From contig NW_021836125.1 of the NCBI RefSeq assembly GCF_006345805.1, positions 1 through 64,000 of the forward strand: DNA of 64,000 nucleotides, given 5' to 3'. This document shows positions 23,580 to 33,736 of this stretch, piece after piece. A program made the position numbers and the translations under genes. Below the pieces are notes generated by a model. It saw nothing but the letters and a program-made list of their open reading frames with translations, had not been told where the DNA came from and did not search any database. Within the stretch, counting starts at the first letter, position 1. Every line of letters begins with the position of its first letter. The stretch comes from Octopus sinensis. Taxonomy: Eukaryota.

Positions 23580-26553
23580 TTACACAATAGGCTTCGTCCA
23601 AACCATGTTGATTCTTTTTTTAGGTCGATAAACTGGAAGAATCTCGACTGCCTGGCTTGGACATTTCTACAAAATTTAAATTACAAAAAACTTTCAGATA
23701 TACAGTACCGGTCATATGTTTTAGACATTCTGAAAAAATCCCAGTGTTTGATTTTTCTAAAGAAAAATCTTATTAAAAAAATGCTTTTCATTAAGCATTA
23801 TCCATTTTTTTTAGTTATTTATTTTTTCCCAATCTCATCGTCACTGTATTTTCGACATCTTGATCTTTTTATAGATTTTGTCGAAACTGGCCCAGTCATA
23901 TGTTTTAGACATTTACGATGCACATCCATAATCTGGAATTTTTAAAAGTTAAAACGAGTTTTTATTAATTAAAACACAAGTTAGTATTTAGTTACATCTC
24001 CTTTTTCGATATTACATCATGTATTCTATTTGGGATCGACAAATACAAGTTTTGAATATAATCATCTCCCATCTTGTTCCATTCATCTTTTGCCATCTCC
24101 CATAGTTGCTTAACGTTCTGAGGGTTTCTATTTCTGATTTTGCTCTTTAAATAATGCCAGCAATTTTCTATTATGTTAAGATCTGGCGATTGTGCAGGCC
24201 AATTGTTTAAAATATTCACTCCTTTTTCAAGCAAATAATTTTTGTAGACCGTGAAGTATGACATGATGCACCATCTTGTTGGAAAATAAAGTTATCATCA
24301 TATATCTCAGAAAGCCCTTGTTCCAAGATTCGTTGATATTCTACGGAATCTACATTTCCTTCGCACAATATCAAGGCACTTTTTCCATCGTGTCTGATAC
24401 CGCCCCAAACCATGATGGAAGGTGCGAATTTCTGAGTTTTCGTTGTGTAGTTCGAATTGAATCTATTTCCAGGAGGTCTCCTTACGAATTCTCGTGCTTT
24501 CGAAATTAATTCGATGCGGCACTCGTCAGTAAAAATGACCTTATTCCAATCGAATGAAATGTTTCTAGTGCAGAATATTTTTCTCTTCTTGATATTATTA
24601 GTTGAAAGTCTAGGTTTTTTGGCTGCTATTCTTACGAAAAGTTCATTTTTGCGTAAGATTCTTCGTACAGTTTCGACACTGACGGTTTCCGTAATATTTA
24701 GGTCTTTTCTGATTTCATTCGCTGTTTTTTTGGGAAAACGTCGAGACTCACGTACAAGATTCCTTTGAGCACGTGCCGAAAGAATACAATTTCTTCCAGA
24801 TTTTGGTCTGTCGTAAAACCCATTTCCATCCAAATACCGTTGGTAAGTGTGATTTACGGCGCATCTGGATATTCCAAGTAAAATCGATATTTCCTGTACG
24901 GTATGACCATTTTCTCGCATAAAAACAATTCTATGACGCTGTTCAACAGAAAGTCGTGGCATACTGCTTTCAAATTAATTTAAAACACGTTTCCGATACG
25001 AAAAATAGAAAAAAAGTATAAATTTTATTGAAATATAATGAATTTAAATAAAATGTCTAAAACATATGACTGGGCCAATTTCGACAAAATCCTTAAACAT
25101 ATGAAGAAGTCGAAGATAAAGCGAAGATAAGATATGAAAATGATAAATATATAAATAATACAGATAATACTTACTAAAAAACTTTTATTTTATTGGATTT
25201 TTCTTTAGAAAAATCAAACACTGGGATTTTTTCAGAATGTCTAAAACATATGACCGGTACTGTACGTAAACATCCGTGCCATATCTATCGACTGAGACGA
25301 ATTTGAGGTCCCCATGTAGATATTTTGAATATAAACTGGAAAGAGGCAATCCATGCCCATATCCAGCCTATTTTTATCAAAATAAAAAAAATGCCATAGG
25401 AATGTCAAAATTAAAGTTTTGTGTCGGATTCGGAGCAGTTGAATATGCATATTTAAATATATCTTTAGTCTTGTAGTGGGCCACTCCCCCTCCAAGGTCA
25501 CTTATCTGAAAAAAATAATTCAAATCGACCTTTATGGTGATCTCGTCCATTCCTTCCACGACAAGTAGATTCAAAGCAGGACAATCGGAGTCTCCGTTAT
25601 TTTCAACCGTTGCTCTGAGAGCGTTCTAAATAGTCAAAATAACTCATTAACCTTAAATAATTCAAATCCAATGTAATAAAGGTGTGAAGGAACGTAGATG
25701 ATCCTCATTTCTGATGCCAATTTCCTCTGTACTTGAAATTTACAAAAATAATGAAAACTAACAATTCAGACATGACACTTTGAGATCAGGAGCGACTCCA
25801 TATGTCGAAAAACACATGTCTCTGGCGTCAGAAAAAGCTTCTAAGAAATTAAAAGTTGACTTGGGAGACCTCGTAAAACTCTGAGGATGTCACAGTTTGG
25901 GTCGATACAGCCGACATTTCCATCGTTGGAGTTAATTCCAAACAGTCTGACTAGAATATAATAAATATTTTTTCAAACTATGCATATTTAAGAGCATTTG
26001 TATGCCGATTTTGCTGGTGTAAAAACGATCGAGGAAATTGTGTATTTCATAAGAAAATCCGAATTTGTCTCGATATTCAACAACACCCTGAAAATTCGTT
26101 CTTTTAATTTATAAAACTTGAGACATGGTTGTCACAATCTCGGAATGTTCGGAGCTTATTTGTTGAATGCACTGATTAAATCTGCAATGGAAAAATAATA
26201 TTACTTTTCTAATAAATTAGGCTTTTCTGGATTTTTGTTCACATAGTCCACAATTTCTAGAAAACTTTGTTGATAACTATTTTTAAATTTTTTTTAAATA
26301 GGCCAACAGATTTTGTAATGACATTATTTGCTTTATATTAAGGAGATCTCGAGGAAGATGAGATATTTCCAAATACATATTTGCAAAACGGGCAGGTAGT
26401 TCTTTAGTCAAAATAGAAAAAGAGGTTTTTGGACAAGATTTACTCCCTGGTTTGTAATTTAATATTTCAACCAAATTCCAGAAAATCGCGCATAGAAAGC
26501 GGAGATAAATAAAATTTTGAATAGTGTGCCAGTAGAGAATGTAGCCTTTCCAT
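23580..26553 (-). CDS. PDK: Pyruvate dehydrogenase kinase, interrupted near its 3' end by a Tc1 element
   Basis: The full hand translation is open: SPLSMRDFLEFG, ELPARFAN, FLDRFYTSKIG, YVPSHLYYIGFELFKNALRAT, ISDLGGGV, AGYGHGLPLSSLY, GTDVYV[Tc1]YLK|KCPSQAVEILPVY. Confidence 0.95.
23703..25262 (-). mobile_element. Tc1-like transposon, 1560 bp, IR/DR-type ends; transposase 24962-23992 with one frameshift
   Basis: About 60-bp perfect TIRs starting CAGTACCGGTCATATG. TA TSD. Inner repeat CAGTCATATGTTTTAGACATT near 23890 and 25060. Paired-like HTH, VIFTDE, FQQDGA and WPAQSPDLNIIE. Confidence 0.97.
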
Positions 26554-27638
26554 TCGATAAACCACAAAAAATAAAAATATTACGAAATAGAAAACAGAAA
26601 TGTTTATTCAATTTTTTTTAATTTTAAATAAATTAAAAGCATTTATAAACAATAAAAAACATTTTAAAAATCAATAAAAAGCTGGGATCATTTTTTTAAT
26701 TTAAATATTAGATTTAAATAGAAAAGTTGTTTTTCAAAAATGAAATAATCTTTATTGTATTTTTAAAACTTTCTTTTAATAAGTTCTTAAATATTTTTAT
26801 AACCGCATTATTTTTCCCACAACAATGCTGATTATTTATTAAAGCAATCAAAATTGGTCTGATTTTATTATCTGTTTTTAATGACTTAACCGCAGGTTTG
26901 GGGAAGATATTAAATTACGAATTTTGCTGATTTACTTAACTATAAAGGCAATTACGATCTTTGTGCATTAAAAACTAAAACGTTGATTTCTGATGTACTA
27001 ATTTTTTTAATGATGTCATAAATTTTATTAATTTTAAATTTTTGTTTATTATAATAGTATGAAAATAGGAAACGGGTTTCAGATTCTCTAAAAATCAAAA
27101 GACTTGTCTACTAACTGGTCAGTAATGTTCCCAAATCTTTCTTTTCGTAGATTTTCTACAAAATATCAGCGTTCATTACTCCGGGAGTTTCTATCAAATC
27201 ATCATTTTCAATATGTATACGCCAAAACATGAAAATCTTAACAAGTGTACTTAGGATAATTTTAAAACTGCCCTTGTCAGCAAAACATTAATGTCGGTGA
27301 ATCTCAAACAGAAGAATATATCTCGTGCCAAACTGGAATTGATCCGCCATTCTCTCAAAACATCATACTATCACTGCCAGTTGGAGCTTGTTGGCATTTT
27401 TACTAACATAACATGTATAGTCGCGTATATGTCGACTTTAAAACTAAAAAAAACATTTACCAAATTATGGGAACGGCTTATATGCGCATCAGAAAGACAT
27501 GACATAAAAGTATGTGAGATGACAATATTTATTAGATCGTGAAATAACAAAAAATATAGTTAATTTGTAAATACAACTATAAATATCGAGCACGCACTGA
27601 TACATTTTATATAAAATTTTATGAAAGTTAATTCAATC

Positions 27639-27740
27639 ATGGATGGCGTTGAACAGAAAAGAACTTATTAGGCTTCTGTTAAACTAAAAGTAGTGAAAGC
27701 CGCTTAAAAAACTACCAATCTTGAAGTGACAGGAAACTCT
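27639..27740 (+). mobile_element. pogo-like transposase N-terminal HTH remnant
   Basis: MDGVEQKRTY*ASVKLKVVKAA*KTTN resembles the Brinker-type DBD (RSYTAAFKLKVV). Short and degraded. Confidence 0.4.
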
Positions 27741-28230
27741 CAGGGATAGATTTGTATGCAGCATGGTAGCGACGTAGTGTATATAATAATTTTGGAACAT
27801 ATTAACTTCCCTTTAAAAAGAAGACGTCTGTTGGTCCGTGGAGTTGATTGTCTTCGGAGGCCAGGACACGCCGTAGTGTTTTAGTTCCAAGATTGCAGCT
27901 CAGAAAAGATAATTTAGGAAAAGTTTCAATTATTAGCTTGTGGGGTGCGGGAACCTAAGAGTAGTTGACATTTAGTATTTCAGTTTTCGAAAATTTTACA
28001 GCGAGACCGAGACTGTGCAGCACAGGAATGAGACGAGAAAAATCACCGATTACAGAGTCAAAAACTCCCGATCGAATTCTGACGTACCAAAAGTCGAATT
28101 CTGACGCCACTGAGCCTAAAGTTTCGGTTTCATAAAAATAGTCTAGAAGTAATATTTACAAATATAGAAATGCTACTAATTAGAATCTGCGTCACTGAAA
28201 GTATATAACAAGTGTAAAAATAATTAATTA

Positions 28231-30125
28231 ATGAATGACGATCAAACTAACCCAGATTCTCCCTTATTTTCAGATATAGTAAAATTTCGTATTTTATTTT
28301 TAGTTTGATTTATTTTCCCAAACAGTACCAAATTCAGATTTTACACAAAATGATCAATACAAGAACTCGGAACTGAACTTGGTCGACTCCCGGGTCATGC
28401 AAGCAGTCGACCCGTGGATTGACATTGACAACATACCTGATCCGGTCATATCTAGAACAAGTTTTGATTCCGGACAAAATATAAGAAATGAAACTGAGAT
28501 GGACATAAATAAAGAATTTAAAGGAAATCTACTTATGGAGACAGAATCTGAAAAATGTACTAGTTTTAAACAATTTCAAAGTTAATAAAAAATGGAAATC
28601 TGTTTTTGTATCTTTGAAGAGGTTGGACGGGAAGTTTACACTGAAAGTATCCTCTGGAGTGGATCAGTCGGAATATTTTAGTCTCGACTTGAGTATTGAG
28701 CATTTTTGTCTTCTTTAAATGAAAGTCAGATCACGGAGTTTACAAAAGGGTTTACAGTAAAAATAATGAGAAAAAAATTGTTTTTTTCTCCAAAATTTGA
28801 ACTTCCGAAGTATTTTGATGTCTATTTTTTTGTTAGATTTTTTAATAAAAAATTCATTTTGGAGGCTAAAAATAAACTTACAGCTTTTTAGAATCGGAAA
28901 ACAACGAAAAAATAATCACTTTCGGATCTCTAGACTACTCATTAATTAATCTATTCATTCAAGTCTTTGAGTCTCTTCGAATGAAGTTCCCAGACATTAA
29001 AGTCGATCCTTCACAAATTCAAATGGAAAGTGTCGAGATTTCACTTTACAATTTCATTAAAGTTCGATTTACTTGTAAAAATAGCTCAACGAATGTCCAC
29101 AACTGACTTGTCATTTGTTTTTTGAAGGAAAAATTAAAAATCGTGGAGAAATAGTGATTGGATTGAACGTCAATGAAAGAAAAGGAAAAGAAATTGTAAA
29201 ACGAAAAGAAATCGTAAAAGGCGAAACTGAGGACGTCTGGGTCAGCCTTGAAGACCCAATAACACATAATTCTGTCGACAAACAAAAATTACGTCAAAGT
29301 GGAATTCTACAAATATCCCAACCAATAATCGGATACAAAGTAGAACTTTTGAGAACAAAGACTCTGTCTGTTCCTTCATCATTCTGTCCTCCAATAATTG
29401 TTATTTTTCTACTTTCATAAAGCTACAGGTTAAAGCTAATTTGGAAGTGACGACGGATAAACTTATTATCGAAGTACAACTGGATATTATCTCCCCGATG
29501 GAATATTCGAGCAGGGAAAAACATATAAACATGTAAGCTTAAAAGTAATAACAAAATTTAGTTAAAATGCAAAAATGTAGTCGTAAAAATGCCATTTCCT
29601 GACGAATTGTGTTACTATTTTAGCAGAATAAAATTTTTTAAACGCAAGGGGATTGCCCACGTGCACAGTGCCCACGAGCAATTGACAAATTCTGCCAGAC
29701 CACGTGAGTACTTTGGGGGGCATAATTAACAGTCAGAACGTTTCTTAGTGGAATATCAAAGAGTCCGATATTAGTGACAGCAGGGCTTGCCAAATACGAG
29801 GAATTGCACAGAGCTCTTGTTTGGAGGATTGACTGCCTTCCCCTACGGAATAAAGGTCAGAATAATTGTCTTGTTGACATTTATAGAAAGACAGGAAACT
29901 CACATGATGAGGTGCATAATCGAACTTGAGAAACATGACAAAAATATAGGACATTTAAAAGATTTTTGCGATGTCGCGTATCACTTGGAGACCTTGATGG
30001 TCTATAATTTGGCTGTAAGAACAATCAGTGTACCAGAGTCCCCGGATATTGAAAAATCTGTTGTTTATCGGACTTTTTTAGAAGATGAGGTTAAATTAAG
30101 TATTTTTATAGGCAGTTTAAAGTGA
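28231..30125 (+). CDS. STON: Stonin / stoned-B (mu-homology endocytic adaptor)
   Basis: IGLNVNERKGKEIVKRKEI...WVSL...HNSVD...ELLRTKT and CKNVVVKMPFP...AGLAKYEELHRALVWRIDCLP match the stonin MHD. N-terminal DPW motif. One apparent frameshift near 28706. 3' end approximate. Confidence 0.85.
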
Positions 30126-30244
30126 GTCAGAAAAGAACCGAGATTACGAAGTCTGAATTTTAAAAATATTTAATTCATTCTTCTACTAGTTTATTTTGTT
30201 TAATAAAATATTTATTTAATGGTGATCTTACTAATGCTTTAGAC

Positions 30245-31069
30245 TAGTGATTCTTAACGGGGGGCGTTGGAATTTTATTTTTTATTATTATATTTGTATT
30301 AGTTTTTGTAAATAATTATCGATTTTCTATTGTTTGCGTCAATTTTTTCAATTGTATGATTCAATTTTGGAATTTTGTCAATTACATGAGCAGAGAATTT
30401 ATTATCATTTTAGTAAATTGATTTTATTGAAAGCTGATACAGGTTATCTAGCTGATATTTTTCATAAAATTAAAAAATTGGCTTTTACGACAAGAATGCG
30501 AGTGTAGACCTTTGCGGTCTATATAGGCCCCGCAGCGGCATTAGTTAGGTCGGAAAATGTCCAATCCGAGTAAAGAGAGATTCCGATTCTTAGGCACTCT
30601 GGTTCTAGCAGGGTTCCTGCTGCAGGATAGGGATAAGCGTTAATTCATGCGCCCGAACGTGGAAACCTCGATTTATATCAAGAAATAACAGAAAATTTAT
30701 TAAATCTGAAATATGATTTTAAGGCTAAAGTCATTTTTAACAAACATGGATATCAACAATTCTAAATTACATATAGAAAAAAATATCCTCAATTGTGGAA
30801 CTAAGTTAAAATGCTTATAATAGCATTTCCTTCAACATATACAGTTGAAGGAGGATTTAGTGCAGTCTCTCAATCTGTAAATAGTGAAGCTGACAAAGAA
30901 AATAACAAATTCTCTTTAGACACAACATTAAAAATTTCAATCGATAATATTAAAATGCGGCAATTGTCAAAAATTGTCAATAAATCAGATAGTAAAGAAC
31001 GTTGAAATTTTTAAGATTCAAAATTGTGCCAAAAGTGGACGCTGCCTTAAAAGAGGTTAAAAACCACTG
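30245..31069 (+). mobile_element. Deleted Buster-type hAT
   Basis: Termini TAGTGATTCTTAAC / GGTTAAAAACCACTG. Degenerate TSD CTTTAGAC/TTTAAGAC. Remnants YLADIFHK and LIIAFPSTYTVEGGFSAV. Confidence 0.8.
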
Positions 31070-31173
31070 TTTAAGACCGAAAGCAAAAGCAACAAATCTA
31101 AAAGTTAATCGACTAGGAATTAAATTTAACAATTTATAGTAAAAAATTAGGTTAGTATATTAGAATATTAAAT

Positions 31174-31969
31174 CTAATTTCCGTCCATAATGAATGAGGC
31201 AGCCAAATCTCGATTTCCATTAAAACTAAACAAAATAGACTGCAAAGTGTCTCTCCTAATATCCGGAAAAAGCACTTGCATTGCACTCAAATCCTCCTCC
31301 GTGACTCGATACCCTCTGGGAGTCACCATCTCAGTCCTCCGATATGCCTATTCAAGTCACCACATAAATAAACAATAAAAGAAAATATAAGTCGGATAGT
31401 CCAACCTCCCATCCCCGGGGACTCCAACCGGAAAACACGATCAACGGTCTCCCCTTGGAAGACCCGTTGGGGGATTATGATTTGAGTAGAGGACAGCACT
31501 TTGGTGGACACAATCAGTATCTAAATAAACAAATCAGTCTAACCTTTTCGAGTACAGACACCGTGATTGAATCCACTCCTCTGGTTAGTTCACTTTTCGA
31601 ATAAAATTATAAAAAATATACAAATTCATGGTCTGGTTGGTCCAGTAGTAATGAGGGGGAGAACTCCGGTCGTGTCTCGCCGTGAGAAGAGCTCGATGAC
31701 CAACACGGATCTCAATTCGCGGCGGAAACAACATGGTGGAAAATCCATTGGCATTTGATTGAAGACATGCCTTGGAATATAATTCAGATATATACTTCTA
31801 AAACTGTTACTTTAAGGGTGGCTCCATCTAATTGAGGAGGAAGGACATCTTCTATGGGTTGAGTGGAAGGTTCGGGGTCATCCTGAACTACGTCTAGGTC
31901 TATGAGACCAACGTCGTCTTCAAGCTACAAATATAGTAGTAGGATAACCCTAGCAAAATCTCTTGGCAT
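31174..31969 (-). CDS. TOLLIP: Toll-interacting protein (C2 + CUE)
   Basis: N-terminus MPRDFARL (cf. LPQDFLRI). C2 segments TLKVTVLE, RGVDSITVSVLEK and TQIIIPQRVFQGETVD. CUE domain EEDLSAMQVLFPDIRRDTLQSILFSFNGNRDLAASFIM. Confidence 0.85.
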
Positions 31970-32046
31970 ATAAGGCCCCACAAGAAAACAATTCAATAAT
32001 ATTAATTTATAAATTAATATTTAATAAAAAAAAGATTAAAACAATT

Positions 32047-33063
32047 TTAAGGAGATTTATTAGTAGTAATGTGAGACTTTGTATATCTACTCTCAGATTT
32101 CCAAGCAAGATTATAGCCAATTTTTGTAAGCAGGAGTTTGGACTGACTTAAAAATGAGCCACGGAATTTTCGACTACTAAGGCAAAGGACGTAGAACTTG
32201 AGGGCAAAGTGAGAGGAATAAACAGCATAGAAATAAATCATTTCGATTTGATGTAGGAGAATATATTTATTCCATTTGGCAACATAACTAGGCATATTTT
32301 GTATAGTACTGGGTTTGCTGCTGAATGTTGAGATTATAAATAGAATGGAATATGGCCATGCACACAAAACAAAGAATAATGATGTGACTATTAAACTGAC
32401 GGTTAACCGACTTGATTTGTTAATACAATTAATTTTATTATAAAATATTATAAGAGAAATATTTATACTGATGACTACAAACGGAATCAGTAATACCATA
32501 AATATATGAACTATTCCCATATAATATTTTTCAATTTTTTCAAATCCCTCAATTTTTTTAGAAATACACAAATACCCGCCAACAGGCATTTTAAATGAGT
32601 GATAAAAAATCACGTATGGCACACATAGCATAAGCGACACCACAAGAACACACCCAAGTACAATTCCAGAGACTTTCGGGTTGCAATATTTATTTCGTTT
32701 TAATGGATGTTTCAAAGATATATATAATTCACAAGTAAAGCACAAAATGAGCATTGGAGAGGCAAATTGAGCAAAGTAAAATCCGCCCACATTTATTTTG
32801 CAAGCCACATTACTGGAGTCCAGAATATTGTGTTTCAACACGACTTTAGCTCGGAGGAGACAATTTGAGATTAAAAATAAAAGTTCGACAAATCCGAGGG
32901 TGATCATAAAAAGGCCAGAAGATGACTTTCTTAAATGTGTATTCCAAAATGTAATTATTAGACATAAATTGCCAGGGAGGCCGATTATTGACCAAAAAAT
33001 GAGGAAGAACCTTTCAACTTGGATTGTGTATTCTGGATATAAGTTGAACGAAGGGAAATTCAT
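32047..33063 (-). CDS. Intronless rhodopsin-class (class A) GPCR, peptide-receptor-like
   Basis: 338-aa ORF with 7 hydrophobic segments: IIGLPGN (TM1), ELY at the DRY position followed by HPL, LCVPY (TM4), LCAWPYS (TM6) and FYVLCLSSRKFR (helix 8). Confidence 0.9.
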   Translation of the reverse strand: MNFPSFNLYPEYTIQVERFFLIFWSIIGLPGNLCLIITFWNTHLRKSSSGLFMITLGFVELLFLISNCLLRAKVVLKHNILDSSNVACKINVGGFYFAQFASPMLILCFTCELYISLKHPLKRNKYCNPKVSGIVLGCVLVVSLMLCVPYVIFYHSFKMPVGGYLCISKKIEGFEKIEKYYMGIVHIFMVLLIPFVVISINISLIIFYNKINCINKSSRLTVSLIVTSLFFVLCAWPYSILFIISTFSSKPSTIQNMPSYVAKWNKYILLHQIEMIYFYAVYSSHFALKFYVLCLSSRKFRGSFLSQSKLLLTKIGYNLAWKSESRYTKSHITTNKSP

Positions 33064-33299
33064 TTAGAATGCATTAAATTAATCTGCTTAAATATTATTT
33101 TTTGTATTAAATATTACAAATATCCGTCAACGTCATTATTCCTTTAAATATGTCGCTAGCGCTGAGAGCGATCTATCAATGATTGTCAAAGATAAAAATA
33201 ATCTATTACATCAAAGTTAACTAAGGTCAATTATTGACAATTAATAAGTGATAATTAACCATTATTTAAGTCGTCTTTAATTTTTTTAGTCGCCTTTAA

Positions 33300-33530
33300 T
33301 AAACTTTCTTAATAGACCCAGCACTATTTATGACTTTGATAAAATTGTTAGACAATTTTGTTAGACTCTCTGATTGTACAAAACACAGCTTTTGAATGTG
33401 TTTTATCCACTCTTTTATCATCTGAACCCATCAATTTTGATAAACTTCTTGTGATTGTCTGATTAAATCTTTCAACTATCCACTGACTCTGCGGATTGTT
33501 GGGTCGTCTATGAATTTGAACAATTTTGTA
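33300..33530 (-). mobile_element. Retroviral-type integrase core fragment
   Basis: HRRPNNPQSQWIVERFNQTITR resembles the integrase motif HPQSQGxVERxNQT. Confidence 0.5.
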
Positions 33531-33552
33531 CTCTTGAATTTGAACAAATTAA

Positions 33553-33630
33553 AAAATACCAAGAACTTGGACGCCGTTTTATATTCGTACTAATCGCTTT
33601 GGAGACATCGGGCGTCGCAGGGCCTCTATC
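33553..33630 (+). mobile_element. Small CRE RLE fragment
   Basis: Encodes KKYQELGRRFIFVLIALETSGVAGP. Confidence 0.55.
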
Positions 33631-33736
33631 CATTCCTAACTTCTAACTTAATTATTTTAGTTATATTATAATAAAAAGATTTTAATAATAAAAAAATTAA
33701 ATAAATAGCGCGTACGAATTTAATTTTACTTGTGGT

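Noticed and set aside
26820-27290. Possible small intron-containing gene divergent from PDK
   Set aside because: Intron-like segments are present, but there is no continuous frame or recognisable domain.
28647-28654. GTATCCTC resembling a U12-type 5' splice site in stonin
   Set aside because: The reading frame (LKVSSGVDQSEY) runs through and aligns without an intron, and there is no U12 branch motif downstream.
30495-30670. HDV-like or twister ribozyme assignment (TTCCACG on the minus strand)
   Set aside because: The P1/P2/P3 pairings and the twister GUCCYAAGC core could not be formed. Kept only as an unexplained insert.
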